64,000 bases of DNA from an uncultured delta proteobacterium (lineage in GTDB: Bacteria; Desulfobacterota; Desulfobacteria; Desulfobacterales; Desulfosalsimonadaceae): assembly GCA_963826785.1 (NCBI GenBank), contig CAWGYD010000006.1:288001-352000 (forward strand). The letters run 5' to 3'. The notes under the pieces were generated by a model that saw only the letters and a program-made list of their open reading frames with translations, searched no databases and was not told the DNA's origin. Each line of letters opens with the position of its first letter. Within the stretch, counting starts at the first letter, position 1. The translations under genes and the position numbers were made by a program. Positions 28,702 through 39,679 of the stretch are shown here, in pieces.

Positions 28702-30336
28702 TTACATGGAGAAGAAATCCTGCAGATCCATGGTATCATCGAGGGTGATGATCTTTGACATCATGGATCGCATTTCCTCGGGCACGATGTCCTCATACTG
28801 CTCAAAATTTTTCAAAAACTCGGCCACCAGCCGGGCGGCGCGGAACTCATATTCCCCCACATCCTCGGCCGATTCTCTGGGACTTAACGCACGGGGCGCC
28901 ACCGCATCTCCCGGACAGCATCTGGGGATTTCAAACTGAAATACCGGGTCGGTCTCAAATTCCACCCTGGCCAGTTCCCCGGAAATGGCCGCCCGGATCA
29001 GGGCCCGGGAGGTGGCGATGCTGATCCGTTTTCCGCGGTGGCTGGGCTCTCCGCTCCAGCCGGTGTTCACCAGCCAGCAGGTGATGTTGTGTTTGACTAT
29101 CTTTTCCAGCAGCAGCCGGCCATAGACGTAGGAGGGCTGCGCCAGCATGGTATCGCCAAAGGCGATGCTGAACAGGACATGGGGTACAAATTCGCCGGTT
29201 CCGGTCTGGGTGATGGTAGACGTGTACGCCGACATGAAGGCGTACACCGCCTGTTCCGGGGTCAGCCGGGCGATGGGCGGCAGCACGCCCATGGCGTCGC
29301 AGGTCATGAGGAACAGGTTTCGGGGATGGCCGAAAACTTCGCCCCGGTTGGCCCCGGGGATATGGGAAATCGGGTAGACCGCCCGGGTGTTTTGCGCCAG
29401 GCTGCTGTCATTTAAATCAATACGCCGGTTATTCTGGTTAATGGTGACGTTTTCCAGAATGGTGCCGAATTTCCGCGTGCACTCATAGATAAGCGGTTGG
29501 TCCTCTTTTGCCATATTCAGAAGTTTGGCATACCCGCCCCCCTCGAGATTAAAAATCCCTTCTTCGGTCCATCCGTGGGCATGATCGCCGATCAGTTTCC
29601 GTTGCTCATCCATGGCCAGCGTGGTCTTGCCCGTTTCTTCCCGGCCCAGGAAAATGGCCACATCCCCATCATGTCCCACGTTTGCCGAACATCTCATGCA
29701 AAACACCGATTCGGGCATCAGGTAATTGGCTATGGTAAACACGGCGTGCTTGATGTCCCCGCCGTAGCCGGCGCCGCCGATGAGGACCAGCTTCCGGCTT
29801 AAATTCACGATCATGAATTTCGAGGAATGGGTGCCGTCCGCCTCCGGAAGGGTGCGAAATCCCGGTATATGGATGATGGTGAACGCGGGTTCGAAGCCTT
29901 TTAATTTTTCGTCATCCTTGATCTGAACAAACATGTTCCGGGCAAAGAGGCTGTGCCATGCCGTTTCGGTGAGAATCCGGATGGGGATGCCGTAATCGGG
30001 CGCATTGCCCACCATGCAATCCTGCACGAAGGCTTCCTTGTCGTCCATATAGGACAGGAGCCGGTGGAACAGATTATCGAAATGCGCTTCGGACAGGGCG
30101 TTTTTTTCTTCGCTCCAGATAACCCTGGAATCACTCATATCGTCTTTGACGATAAATTTATCTTCCGGCGACATGGGAAACTGCTGGCCGGTGCGGATCA
30201 CGATGGGACCCAGATGGGCCATCTGGCCTTCCCGGTTGTTGACTATTTTCTCATAGAGCATCGGCGTGGGCAGATTCCGGTAAATCCGCCGCAGATGTTT
30301 TTGCCCGTAATATTCAAGATTGATGCGTTCGGTCAT
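28702..30336 (-). CDS. ATP-dependent PEP carboxykinase homologue with substituted catalytic residues
   Basis: Full-length PckA fold (SPEDKF, CSAN, GKTT, EGGxYAK, NTR, LVNTGW, RISI), but Mn/substrate ligands are altered (see findings). Confidence 0.85.
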   Translation of the reverse strand: MTERINLEYYGQKHLRRIYRNLPTPMLYEKIVNNREGQMAHLGPIVIRTGQQFPMSPEDKFIVKDDMSDSRVIWSEEKNALSEAHFDNLFHRLLSYMDDKEAFVQDCMVGNAPDYGIPIRILTETAWHSLFARNMFVQIKDDEKLKGFEPAFTIIHIPGFRTLPEADGTHSSKFMIVNLSRKLVLIGGAGYGGDIKHAVFTIANYLMPESVFCMRCSANVGHDGDVAIFLGREETGKTTLAMDEQRKLIGDHAHGWTEEGIFNLEGGGYAKLLNMAKEDQPLIYECTRKFGTILENVTINQNNRRIDLNDSSLAQNTRAVYPISHIPGANRGEVFGHPRNLFLMTCDAMGVLPPIARLTPEQAVYAFMSAYTSTITQTGTGEFVPHVLFSIAFGDTMLAQPSYVYGRLLLEKIVKHNITCWLVNTGWSGEPSHRGKRISIATSRALIRAAISGELARVEFETDPVFQFEIPRCCPGDAVAPRALSPRESAEDVGEYEFRAARLVAEFLKNFEQYEDIVPEEMRSMMSKIITLDDTMDLQDFFSM

Positions 30337-30368
30337 GGTATCTCCTTTCCCCTAAATTAATAACCTTC

Positions 30369-32558
30369 TCAAATGCTTCCCTGGGCGGACAGGGCGTAAA
30401 TGACCAGCTTTTGCATCATTTTTTCCTTGGCCGATTCGGGCTTATCCAACCCCAGCCGTTCCAGGTAGGGCCGGGCCGTTTCCGGAACCGTCCGGATGGT
30501 CATGGCCTTGCCCAGTCCCTTGACCTTGCTGAATCCTTCGGTCATCTGGGCCTTGAGCCATTTTAACGATTTTCCGATCACCAGTTCTTCATCGGTGAAA
30601 TCGGTGCCAAAGGGAAAGGGCGGAAAATATCCTTTTTTCTTATAGGGTGCCAGCTCATCCTCCAGCCGCTGGGGATAATTGTTTTTAAACCGGTCGGGGA
30701 TGGCAAAATCGGCCGGAACTTTCTTCGCATCCTTGACTTTTTGCAGCAGTTCATCCTGGAACCGTGAATCCGTGATCTGCAGCAGCTGCATGACCACTTC
30801 CTTGTCGGTCTTGCCCCGCAAATCCGCAATCCCGTATTCGGTGATGACAAAATCCCTCAAGTGGCGGGGGATGGTGGTGTGTCCATAATTGAACACGATA
30901 TTGGAGGCCACCTGCTTGCCGCTGGCCCGAACCCCTTTGCACATGAGGATGGAGCGCGCATCGGCCAGGGCATGTGCCTGGGATACAAAATTATACTGCC
31001 CGCCCACGCCGCTGACCACCTGTCCGTTTTCAAGGCCGTCGGACACCACGGCACCGAAAAGGGTAACCATCAGGCAGGCGTTGACGAATCTGCCGTGTCT
31101 TCTCTGCAGGATTTTCAACTCCTCGCTGCTGTATCGATTGTTCCCGTAAAGCTGATTGACATTTAAAACGCTGGTCATGAATATTTTCCGGCGCTGCTCC
31201 TCGGTCATGTCGTTGAGCATTTTATAAAACCCCTCGGGCCCGAGGAAAAACCCGCCGTGGATCAGAATATCGTTTTTCAGCACCGAACCCAGGCAGGTTT
31301 CGGCCACCTGTTTCAGGTTGGCGGCATCGGACAGGTCGGCACTGAGCTCGGCCGGCCCGTTTCGGATGACACCGTTTTCATAAGTGAGGCCGTCTTTGAA
31401 GATACCGAAATATTGCAAGAAATTAAAATCCTTCTCGGTCAACACCGGACAAACCGCCCCTTCTTCCAGCAGGCAGGAAAGGGTGTCGGGAGTGACGGTT
31501 TCGGTGATTTTTTTCTCATTGATCAGGCGCTGAATCGCCACATGATTGTAGGTCTTGCGTTTGACCACACCGCTGTTGATCAGGTGAAGGTAGCCGTCCA
31601 CCAGCATTTCCGTCGAACCGGTGATGCCTTCTTCAAACGTCCCGGTGCCGCCGATGCGATCGATCACACCGGCAAATTTCTTCGTAATCCCTGAATCTTC
31701 CAGAAACCTGCGGTATTCGGAATTATTCTGGTTTCTCCACTGCAGTCCATAGCACAGGGCATCCCCCAGGGAACCGATGCCGATCTGCAGCGTGCCGCCG
31801 TCCTTGATCAGGGTGCTGGCATGCAGCCCGATCATATAATCCGGTGTGGTGATGGACATTTTCGGGGCGCCGAACAGGCGGGTATAGTACTTGGGCGTAT
31901 CGATCACGGCATCGAATGTTTCGGGCGGGACCACCGCATCCCCGTACATGAACGGCAGGTTCTGATTCACCTGGGCGATGATGGCGATCTTGCGCCCCTC
32001 TTTCTCCAGTTCCCGCATGGCCGGGGCAATATCCGAGGAAACTTCCGGGTTGCAGCTCATGGAGAGCATGGTCTTGCCGTCGATTTCTTTTTTGCTGACC
32101 ATCTGGGCGATCACATTCACCCCGTTGTCGATGGTGTCCCGCCAGGCATGGGTGTAATTGGAGCTGATATAGTTCTGCTGGGTGTGGGCCACGTTCAGGT
32201 AGGAACCGGCCTTGGCATAAAATTCCCGCAGTTCGAAATTTTCAGGCAGGGCGCCCTTGCGCAGGTCCAGCATGTATTCGAGTTCCACATACCCGTTGAA
32301 CAGGCGCTCCACAAAGGGGCCCAGAAATTTTTGTTCCAGGTCGCTTGATCCTTTCGGCTTCTCCAGGGAAAGGGCAGTGCAAAAAACCAGCTGCATGGAG
32401 GGGTCTGCTTTGGCCCGGCGGTACAGGGCATTGGCGAACTGGTTGGGCTTTCCCAGCCCCAGGGGCATTCCAAATACGATGTTTTTGCCTACCTTGCGGA
32501 TCACATCATCGACGCACTTTTCCACATCCTGATAATACAACGGCTGTTTTCCCTCCAT
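30369..32558 (-). CDS. Acetyl-CoA hydrolase/transferase family protein (long form)
   Basis: PLGLGKPN, GTLQIGIG, TEMLVDG, VVSGVGGQYNFV, TTIPRHLRDFVITEYGIADLRG. Confidence 0.9.
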   Translation of the reverse strand: MEGKQPLYYQDVEKCVDDVIRKVGKNIVFGMPLGLGKPNQFANALYRRAKADPSMQLVFCTALSLEKPKGSSDLEQKFLGPFVERLFNGYVELEYMLDLRKGALPENFELREFYAKAGSYLNVAHTQQNYISSNYTHAWRDTIDNGVNVIAQMVSKKEIDGKTMLSMSCNPEVSSDIAPAMRELEKEGRKIAIIAQVNQNLPFMYGDAVVPPETFDAVIDTPKYYTRLFGAPKMSITTPDYMIGLHASTLIKDGGTLQIGIGSLGDALCYGLQWRNQNNSEYRRFLEDSGITKKFAGVIDRIGGTGTFEEGITGSTEMLVDGYLHLINSGVVKRKTYNHVAIQRLINEKKITETVTPDTLSCLLEEGAVCPVLTEKDFNFLQYFGIFKDGLTYENGVIRNGPAELSADLSDAANLKQVAETCLGSVLKNDILIHGGFFLGPEGFYKMLNDMTEEQRRKIFMTSVLNVNQLYGNNRYSSEELKILQRRHGRFVNACLMVTLFGAVVSDGLENGQVVSGVGGQYNFVSQAHALADARSILMCKGVRASGKQVASNIVFNYGHTTIPRHLRDFVITEYGIADLRGKTDKEVVMQLLQITDSRFQDELLQKVKDAKKVPADFAIPDRFKNNYPQRLEDELAPYKKKGYFPPFPFGTDFTDEELVIGKSLKWLKAQMTEGFSKVKGLGKAMTIRTVPETARPYLERLGLDKPESAKEKMMQKLVIYALSAQGSI

Positions 32559-32958
32559 TTTACCCTCCGGGACCTCACCTCATTTTCGTGAACGATGCTT
32601 GTTGCCAAACATCGATTGCCAGTGTCCGTTACACATCCACATGCGGATGACGCGATGATAACTGACGATGCCTGGGCGGCTTTTGAATTGTTTTGAATTT
32701 ACGGGCTTGATCAAACTGAAACGAACTTTACGAGATCATTTTATCCCAAAAAAGTCAATATCATTTCACCAGCATAGGACCGGCACGCATGGGAGCTGTA
32801 TGGGAAAATTCAGACTCAGCGGGTGATATCTTTTGTCGCCTGTTTTTAATATCAAGCGCAGAAAAAATAGGGTTTCTCAATGAGATTCGGAAAATGGGTT
32901 TGATTTTTTCATGGCGGCCCGGACGGCCCGGCGCGAGCGCTGCCGGCCATACTCGGTT

Positions 32959-34242
32959 TTAGTCGGCCCAGAGTTCGATGACGTGCCGGACCGGGATCGG
33001 CCGGTCTGTTTTGGACAGCAGGTCTGTCAGCTGGATCATGCAGGCGGGGCAGGCGGTGGCCACTTCGGCTGCGCCGGTGGCATGCAGAGAAGCGATTTTC
33101 TTTGCCCCGATCTTTGTGGAAAGGTCGTAGTGCTTGAGAGAAAAACTGCCGCCCATGCCGCAGCAGCTGTCGGCTTCCCGCATTTCCAAAAACCGGTATG
33201 CGGGATTGGCCATGATCAGCCGGCGCGGCTGTTCAAATATGTTCAGTGATTTCCGCAAATGGCAGGGATCATGGTAGGTGACGGGAATGGCGGATGCACC
33301 CTTTTCAACAGATAGCTTCAAACCCATGATATCCACCAGGAATTGACTGATATCCATTGTTTTTTCCGAAAGGCGGCGGACATCCCCCCCATCGGAAGGC
33401 AGCATGGCCGGCCAGAGGTTTTTGATGGTGGCGGTGCAGGTGGCGCAGCCGGTGACCAGATAATCGCAGGTATCCGGCGAGAAGAGGTCTATATGGTAGC
33501 GGGCCATCCGGTGAAATGCGTTCATGTCACCGGCGGCCAGGGCGGGAATGCCGCAGCACCCCTGGGCATCCGGGATGATCACCCGGGCGCCGCGGGCGGT
33601 CAGCACATCCGCGATTTTTTCGGCGACCCGCGGAAAAACCTTGTCGAGCAGACACCCGACAAAGAAGGCCACCCGGATAGCCTTGCCATCCGAAACGGCG
33701 ATCGGCTTCTTCATCTGATGATAGGCAATCGGCGCCAGAGGCATGATCCGGCGGTTTGACAGCAGCGGGGATACCAGCCGCGCACAGGATGCATCCGGAT
33801 ACGGTGCGGATGGTTTTAAGATCAAATGCTGCCATTTCGACCCCCATGCCACAAACCGGTTAAAACGGGAGGGATCAGCCATCAGTCTTTGAAAAAGAAC
33901 TTTCTGGCCCACCGGCAGTCCCTGATAAGCACGGATAATCGACCGCGCCTGTAAAAACAGGGCTACGGCATCCACCCCCCTGGGGCAGTTTTTTGCACAC
34001 GACCCGCACAGCAGGCAGCGATCCAGGCGATCGTACGCCCCCCCCGGATTTGAAAACAAATCCCCCATCAACCCCTTCAGCAGTTCCAGCTTGCCCCGGG
34101 TTACATCCGCTTCTCTTCCGGTTACCCCGTAGACGGGACAGACCGCCTGGCACATGCCGCATCCGGAACAGCGCGCCACTGCATCGGCCAGTTCATTCAT
34201 CATTATCGCCAGTCGGGCCATTCCGGTTTTTCTTGTTTTCAT
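32959..34242 (-). CDS. GlcF-like Fe-S oxidoreductase subunit (2x[4Fe-4S] plus two CCG domains)
   Basis: CSGCGMCQAVCP, CLLCGSCAKNCP, GCCG, HDPCHL, CCGMGG, CPAC. Confidence 0.9.
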   Translation of the reverse strand: MKTRKTGMARLAIMMNELADAVARCSGCGMCQAVCPVYGVTGREADVTRGKLELLKGLMGDLFSNPGGAYDRLDRCLLCGSCAKNCPRGVDAVALFLQARSIIRAYQGLPVGQKVLFQRLMADPSRFNRFVAWGSKWQHLILKPSAPYPDASCARLVSPLLSNRRIMPLAPIAYHQMKKPIAVSDGKAIRVAFFVGCLLDKVFPRVAEKIADVLTARGARVIIPDAQGCCGIPALAAGDMNAFHRMARYHIDLFSPDTCDYLVTGCATCTATIKNLWPAMLPSDGGDVRRLSEKTMDISQFLVDIMGLKLSVEKGASAIPVTYHDPCHLRKSLNIFEQPRRLIMANPAYRFLEMREADSCCGMGGSFSLKHYDLSTKIGAKKIASLHATGAAEVATACPACMIQLTDLLSKTDRPIPVRHVIELWAD

Positions 34243-34418
34243 GATCAATCTTCGGGTAAAGAACGATTTTGTGTTTTTTCAATTCGCATGAGATTGCATC
34301 CGTTTTTAAAACACCTTATTTGCAATATCATCATTTACACTCATTTTTAAATGGTGATCAAAAAAATTGCGCTCATAAATGCGTCAATATGGAAAATAAG
34401 TAAAAAGGAAGCACACAA

Positions 34419-34676
34419 ATGGAAGACCAGCAGGGAAAATATTATTATCCCTTTCCCCAGAACCGGCGGGTCCGCATGTATGTCAAAAAAGACAAGGGCA
34501 TGATCTGTTTCCGGCTCTGGAGCGCCGAAGACGAAAAACTGTGGGAAGAACACGGATGGGTGCCCTATGAGGCGATTAAGCAGGCGGCCTCCCGCTACGA
34601 CGGGAAATCGTTTGATCCCGGACAGGCCTATGACATCGAAATTGCACAAGCCCTGCTGAAAGAATCCGGTTTGTAA
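34419..34676 (+). CDS. Hypothetical protein
   Basis: 85-aa ORF with AAGGA RBS, between minus-strand genes. Confidence 0.7.
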   Translation: MEDQQGKYYYPFPQNRRVRMYVKKDKGMICFRLWSAEDEKLWEEHGWVPYEAIKQAASRYDGKSFDPGQAYDIEIAQALLKESGL

Positions 34677-34683
34677 ACTGTAA

Positions 34684-36240
34684 TCAGTTGGCCGTATATT
34701 TTGCCTTTAATACGGGCTTTTCGATTTTTCCGGTGGGGTTTCGGGGAACTTCACCGAAAAAAATCCTGCGGGGCCGCTTATAGCGGGGCAGGGCTTCACA
34801 GAACCGGACGACTTCCTGCTCTGAAAGGCTTTGGCCGGGCTTGACCGAAATCACGGCGGCCGCGATTTCCCCCAGTCGGCTGTCCGGAAGCCCGAATACG
34901 CCGGCATCCAGAATCCGGTCATGGGACATGAGCACCGATTCGATCTCCACCGGGTAAATGTTTTCCCCGCCGGTGATGATAATATCCTTCTTCCGGTCCA
35001 TCAGCCAGATGAATCCGTCTTCGTCCATGCGGCCGATGTCCCCGGTGTGCAGCCATCCGCCTTGAAGGGCCGCCCGGGTAGCCTCCGGGTTCCGATAGTA
35101 TTTGTTCATCACCCCCGGGCCCCGCACCAGGATTTCCCCGGGGTGGCCTGCCGGCACCGGCTGATTCTGGTCATCGACGATCCGGCATTCCCAGTCAAAG
35201 CCGGGGATGCCGATGGACCCGATTTTATGTGAATTTTCAATCCCCAGGTGAATGCAACCCGGACCGGTGGCTTCGGTCAGGCCGTAATTGGTATCATAGG
35301 CGTGATGCGGAAAGATTTTCATCCATTTATCGATCAGGGCGGGTGGAACCGGCTGGGCCCCGATATGCATCAGCCGCCATTGATCCAGTCGAAATTTTTT
35401 AAGATCGATGTCACCATTTTCAATCGCCACCAGAATATCATGCGCCCAGGGAACCAGCAGCCACACGATGGTGGCGCTTTCTTCCGAGACCGCCTCCAGA
35501 ATTGCAGCCGGACTCACCCCTTTTAAAATGACGGCTTTGGCCCCCACGATGAAATTACCGAACCAGTGCATTTTTGCACCGGTATGATACAGCGGCGGAA
35601 TGCACAGGAAATTGTCCGTGTGGACCTGGTGATGATGATGATTTTCCACGTAGCAGGAAAACTCCAGCTGCCGATGAAGCAGATAAACCCCCTTGGGACG
35701 GCCGGTGGTCCCCGACGTGAAATATATGCCTGCGCCGTCGCTCAACTCCAGGTCCACATCCGGGTCCTTGGGGGAGACGCCCGCAATCAGATCTTTTAGC
35801 GAAAGGGCGTAATCAGGGAGAAGATGATCCTCTCCAACGAAGATATAGGTACTGACGACGGCATCCAGATCGGCTTTGATGCGGTTGATCCGCTCGGTAA
35901 ATTCAGGGCCGAATATCAGCACCCTGGCTTCGGCCAGGCTGCTGCAGCGCAGGATATCTCTGGAATCGAACCGGAAATTCAAGGGGACCGCCACTGCACC
36001 GGCGCGCAGGATGCCGAAATAGACCGGTAGCCACTCGATGCAGTTCATCATCAATTGCACCACCCGGCCGCCTTTTTCAATGCCGAGGGCGCCCAGGGCA
36101 TTGGCGAGCCGGTTGGATTGCGCATGAAACTCGCTCCAGGTGATTTCCAACCGGCGGCCGGCAGACGGTTCGCGCTCGACCAGGGCGGTTTCGGTCCCGT
36201 ACAGCCGGGCATTTCGGGCCAGGATATCGGTTATCAGCAT
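34684..36240 (-). CDS. Acyl-CoA synthetase (class I adenylate-forming enzyme)
   Basis: FTSGTTGRPKG, YGLTEA, HTGDIG, DRKKDIIITGGENIYP, GKIEK. Confidence 0.93.
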   Translation of the reverse strand: MLITDILARNARLYGTETALVEREPSAGRRLEITWSEFHAQSNRLANALGALGIEKGGRVVQLMMNCIEWLPVYFGILRAGAVAVPLNFRFDSRDILRCSSLAEARVLIFGPEFTERINRIKADLDAVVSTYIFVGEDHLLPDYALSLKDLIAGVSPKDPDVDLELSDGAGIYFTSGTTGRPKGVYLLHRQLEFSCYVENHHHHQVHTDNFLCIPPLYHTGAKMHWFGNFIVGAKAVILKGVSPAAILEAVSEESATIVWLLVPWAHDILVAIENGDIDLKKFRLDQWRLMHIGAQPVPPALIDKWMKIFPHHAYDTNYGLTEATGPGCIHLGIENSHKIGSIGIPGFDWECRIVDDQNQPVPAGHPGEILVRGPGVMNKYYRNPEATRAALQGGWLHTGDIGRMDEDGFIWLMDRKKDIIITGGENIYPVEIESVLMSHDRILDAGVFGLPDSRLGEIAAAVISVKPGQSLSEQEVVRFCEALPRYKRPRRIFFGEVPRNPTGKIEKPVLKAKYTAN

Positions 36241-36429
36241 TTTTTACCAGGAGCCGTTTTTAGCGGTGATTCACATTGGATTTTCGCCGCTGTACAATAG
36301 TAAATAGAAGTTGTCTTTTCATTAAGTGAAAAAAGCACCTATCATATGGGGCTGAAAAGTCAACCGGAATCAAAATAAGATCCATGCCGGCGGTGATTTG
36401 AGCTCAGACAGGATCTGATTTGTCGGGGC

Positions 36430-36472
36430 AAAAAAAGAGCGCCCCGCCGGAATCTCATCCGACGGGGCGCTC
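36430..36472 (-). terminator. Intrinsic terminator of grpE-dnaK
   Basis: GAGCGCCCCG/CGGGGCGCTC stem with a U-tract on the minus strand. Confidence 0.85.
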
Positions 36473-36494
36473 GTGTTTTTATGTAAGGCCGGAT

Positions 36495-38402
36495 TTATTT
36501 GTTATCCTGCTTTACCTCTTCATAATCGGCATCCACCACGTCCTCGTCTTCTGCCCCGGCCTGGGCCTGTCCGCCCGCTTCCTGGGCACCCGCCTGGGAT
36601 GCCTGCTGGTACATGGCTTCGGCCAGCTTATGAGAAGCCTGGGTCAGCTCTTCGGAAAGGCGCCTGATTTCGGCGCTGTCATCCCCTTCCATGGCCTTTC
36701 TCAGATCCGCTGAAATCCGCTCGATGTTGGTTCGGGTTTCGCTGTCGACCTTGTCACCCAGTTCCTTCATGGATTTTTCCGTTGAGTATACCAGGGAATC
36801 CGCATTGTTTTTGGCTTCCACCAGTTCTCGCTGCGTCTTGTCCTCTTCCGCATGCATCTCCGCATCCTTGACCAGCCGGTCAATCTCATCCTTTGACAGA
36901 CCCGAAGATGCGGTAATCCGGATGGACTGCTGTTTGCTGGTGGCCATATCCTTGGCCGACACGTTGACGATGCCGTTGGCGTCGATGTCAAAGGTCACTT
37001 CGATCTGGGGCACCCCACGGGGCGCCGGCGGGATATCGGACAGCTCGAAGCGGCCCAGGGTCTTGTTATTGGAGGCCATTTCCCGTTCCCCCTGGAGCAC
37101 GTGAATCGTCACCGCCGGCTGGCTGTCCTGGGCGGTGGAAAAGATCTGGCTCTTCCGGGTGGGGATCGTGGTGTTCTTCTCGATCAGCTTGGTCATCACG
37201 CCGCCAAGGGTTTCAATTCCCAGCGACAGCGGAGTGACATCCAGCAGCAGCACGTCTTTGACGTCGCCCTTGAGCACACCGCCCTGGATGGCTGCCCCGA
37301 TGGCCACCACTTCGTCCGGATTCACCCCTTTGTGGGGCTCTTTTCCGAAAATCGATTTCACCCGGTCCTGAACCGAGGGCATGCGGGTCATGCCGCCCAC
37401 CAGGATGACTTCGTCGATCTCAGATGCGCTCAGTCCCGAATCCTTCAACGCGGTTTTGCAGGGGCCTTCCAGGTTGTCCAGAAGGTCGCTCACCAGGGAT
37501 TCGAGTTTGGCCCGGGTAATCTTGATATTCAAGTGCTTCGGACCATTGGCGTCTGCAGTGATAAACGGCAGGTTTACATCCGTCTGCAGGGCGGAAGACA
37601 ACTCCATCTTGGCTTTTTCCGCCGCCTCTTTCAGCCGCTGCAGCGCCATCTTGTCACTTCTGAGATCAATACCGTTTTCGCGCTTGAATTCGTTGGCCAG
37701 GAAATCAATCAGCCGGAGGTCGAAATCGTCGCCCCCCAGATGGGTGTCGCCGTTGGTGGCCTTGACCTCGAATACGCCGTCACCGATTTCCAGAATGGAA
37801 ATATCAAAAGTTCCACCGCCGAGATCGAATACGGCGATTTTTTCATCGGCTTTTTTGTCCAGCCCGTAGGCCAGGGATGCCGCGGTGGGCTCGTTGATAA
37901 TCCGAAGCACGTTCAAGCCCGCGATCTGTCCGGCATCCTTGGTGGCCTGCCGCTGACTGTCATCAAAATAAGCAGGAACAGTGATGACCGCGTCGGTCAC
38001 TTTTTCACCCAGATATTCTTCCACCGTATGCTTGATGTCGGCCAATATAAAGGATGAAATTTCCGCCGGACTGTGCTGTTTGCCCCGTAAATTGATCCTC
38101 AGATCGCCGTTGGGCGCCTTTTCGATTTTATAAGGCAGGTTCTTGATGTCCCGCTGAACTTCCGCGGATTCGAATTTCCGTCCGATAAGGCGTTTTACTC
38201 CGAAAACGGTATTTTCCGGATTGGTGATGGACTGGCGCTTCGCCACCTGGCCCACCAGCCGCTCACCGCTTTCCGTAATGGCCACAACCGACGGAGTGGT
38301 CCGCCCCCCCTCGGGGTTTGTAATCACAACCGTTTCATTCTGCTCCCGAATAGCGACACATGAATTGGTGGTTCCGAGATCAATTCCGATCACTCTTCCC
38401 AT
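36495..38402 (-). CDS. dnaK: Chaperone DnaK
   Basis: [41 protein letters not shown]. Confidence 0.98.
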   Translation of the reverse strand: MGRVIGIDLGTTNSCVAIREQNETVVITNPEGGRTTPSVVAITESGERLVGQVAKRQSITNPENTVFGVKRLIGRKFESAEVQRDIKNLPYKIEKAPNGDLRINLRGKQHSPAEISSFILADIKHTVEEYLGEKVTDAVITVPAYFDDSQRQATKDAGQIAGLNVLRIINEPTAASLAYGLDKKADEKIAVFDLGGGTFDISILEIGDGVFEVKATNGDTHLGGDDFDLRLIDFLANEFKRENGIDLRSDKMALQRLKEAAEKAKMELSSALQTDVNLPFITADANGPKHLNIKITRAKLESLVSDLLDNLEGPCKTALKDSGLSASEIDEVILVGGMTRMPSVQDRVKSIFGKEPHKGVNPDEVVAIGAAIQGGVLKGDVKDVLLLDVTPLSLGIETLGGVMTKLIEKNTTIPTRKSQIFSTAQDSQPAVTIHVLQGEREMASNNKTLGRFELSDIPPAPRGVPQIEVTFDIDANGIVNVSAKDMATSKQQSIRITASSGLSKDEIDRLVKDAEMHAEEDKTQRELVEAKNNADSLVYSTEKSMKELGDKVDSETRTNIERISADLRKAMEGDDSAEIRRLSEELTQASHKLAEAMYQQASQAGAQEAGGQAQAGAEDEDVVDADYEEVKQDNK

Positions 38403-38461
38403 TATTCATCCTCCTTGTTATCCATATATCATTAATTTATTACGAAGTTCTAATTGAAGCG

Positions 38462-39073
38462 TCATTTACCCTTGGAGACGATCACCATCGCCGGTCGAAG
38501 CAGCCGGTCGTGGATCATATAGCCTTTCTGGAATTCATTGATGACGGTGTTCTCAGGGTAGGCATCCGTCTCTTCCTGGAGTACGGCCTCATGAAATGCC
38601 GGATTGAACATCTCTCCCACAGATTCGATCGGTGTAACATGATAGTTTTTGAGGATTTTCAATATGTCATTCAACGTCATTTCCACACCCTCAATCAGGC
38701 AGGCTTTGCTGTTGGCGCCATCTGAATCAGATGCGGTCGAATTGAGCGCCCGCTCGAGGTTATCCACCACCGGCAACAGGTCCTTGAAGAGGGATTCATT
38801 GGCGTATTTCTTGAACTCCTCCATTTGCCGATTCATCCGTTTTTTGTAATTTTCAAATTCGGCAGATACGCGAAGCAAATGATCCCGGGCTTCCATGCTT
38901 TCATTTTTAAATTTTTCCATTTCGGCCCTGATCTCTTCCGCCGCACTCAGATCTGTATCGTCTGATGAATCGGATTCATCGTTTTGCGACGCCTCTTCTG
39001 GTTCGCATCCTTCCTTTGCATCTTCCAGATCATCGAAAAACGCATTTTTTTTCTCATCAGATCTTTTTGCCAA
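38462..39073 (-). CDS. grpE: Nucleotide exchange factor GrpE
   Basis: AEFENYKKR, LLPVVDNLERAL, FNPAFHEAV, QKGY..HDRLLRPAMV. Confidence 0.96.
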   Translation of the reverse strand: MAKRSDEKKNAFFDDLEDAKEGCEPEEASQNDESDSSDDTDLSAAEEIRAEMEKFKNESMEARDHLLRVSAEFENYKKRMNRQMEEFKKYANESLFKDLLPVVDNLERALNSTASDSDGANSKACLIEGVEMTLNDILKILKNYHVTPIESVGEMFNPAFHEAVLQEETDAYPENTVINEFQKGYMIHDRLLRPAMVIVSKGK

Positions 39074-39173
39074 TTTTTACGCTCCCTTGCACTGGTTTCA
39101 AAGAATTCTTATCCCGTTTTTTGCGACTGAAAAAACGCTCAAGATATTCAAACCACATTGAATTTTTACAAAA

Positions 39174-39201
39174 AAATAAGGCTGAAAAGGCCGATGTCAA
39201 G
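39174..39201 (-). promoter_or_regulatory. Putative sigma32 (RpoH)-type promoter of grpE-dnaK
   Basis: Minus strand CTTGACA-13-CCTTATTT, close to CTTGAAA-N13-CCCCAT; no CIRCE seen. Confidence 0.4.
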
Positions 39202-39274
39202 CTTGGAATGATCTGAAAAAAAGTCTGAAAGAAAGGATTCTTTCAAGAGAAAGGGGGGAATTTTCAGGGTGTGA

Positions 39275-39444
39275 ACCGCATCGAGTTCCTGACAGAACCT
39301 GAAGCATAACTGAACCGGGATCGATCCGCGACACAGACGAAATTACTTATCGCTGCTTCCTTCCGGACCTGACGAGGTTCGCAACCGTCTGTTGCACGGC
39401 GGCCGGATAGAATGCCTCAGGCTCTGTCAGAAACTCGATGCGGT
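39275..39444 (-). ncRNA. ffs: Signal recognition particle RNA with extended terminal helix
   Basis: Minus strand GAACCTCGTCAGGTCCGGAAGGAAGCAGCGATAAG (helix 8/domain IV) at the apex of a ~170-nt hairpin; exact ends uncertain. Confidence 0.92.
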
Positions 39445-39679
39445 GGGATTTCGAAACCGCATGAATTCCAATTTCGAGCGCAGGGTATTAGTACAATACC
39501 CTGTCCATCAGAATCAAGACCTTCAATATAACCCCCCTGGCACTTGTTTTCAAGTCCTATTCCCATCCACATGCATCCGATGGAATTGAAACCGGGGATC
39601 TATGCCTTTATTTATTCCATTTTCTGTTATATATTCGTTGAGTTGAAAAAATTTTCGCAGGCAGATGCCGTGAATACAG

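Noticed and set aside
39074..39270. CIRCE element before grpE-dnaK
   Set aside because: No TTAGCACTC-N9-GAGTGCTAA match
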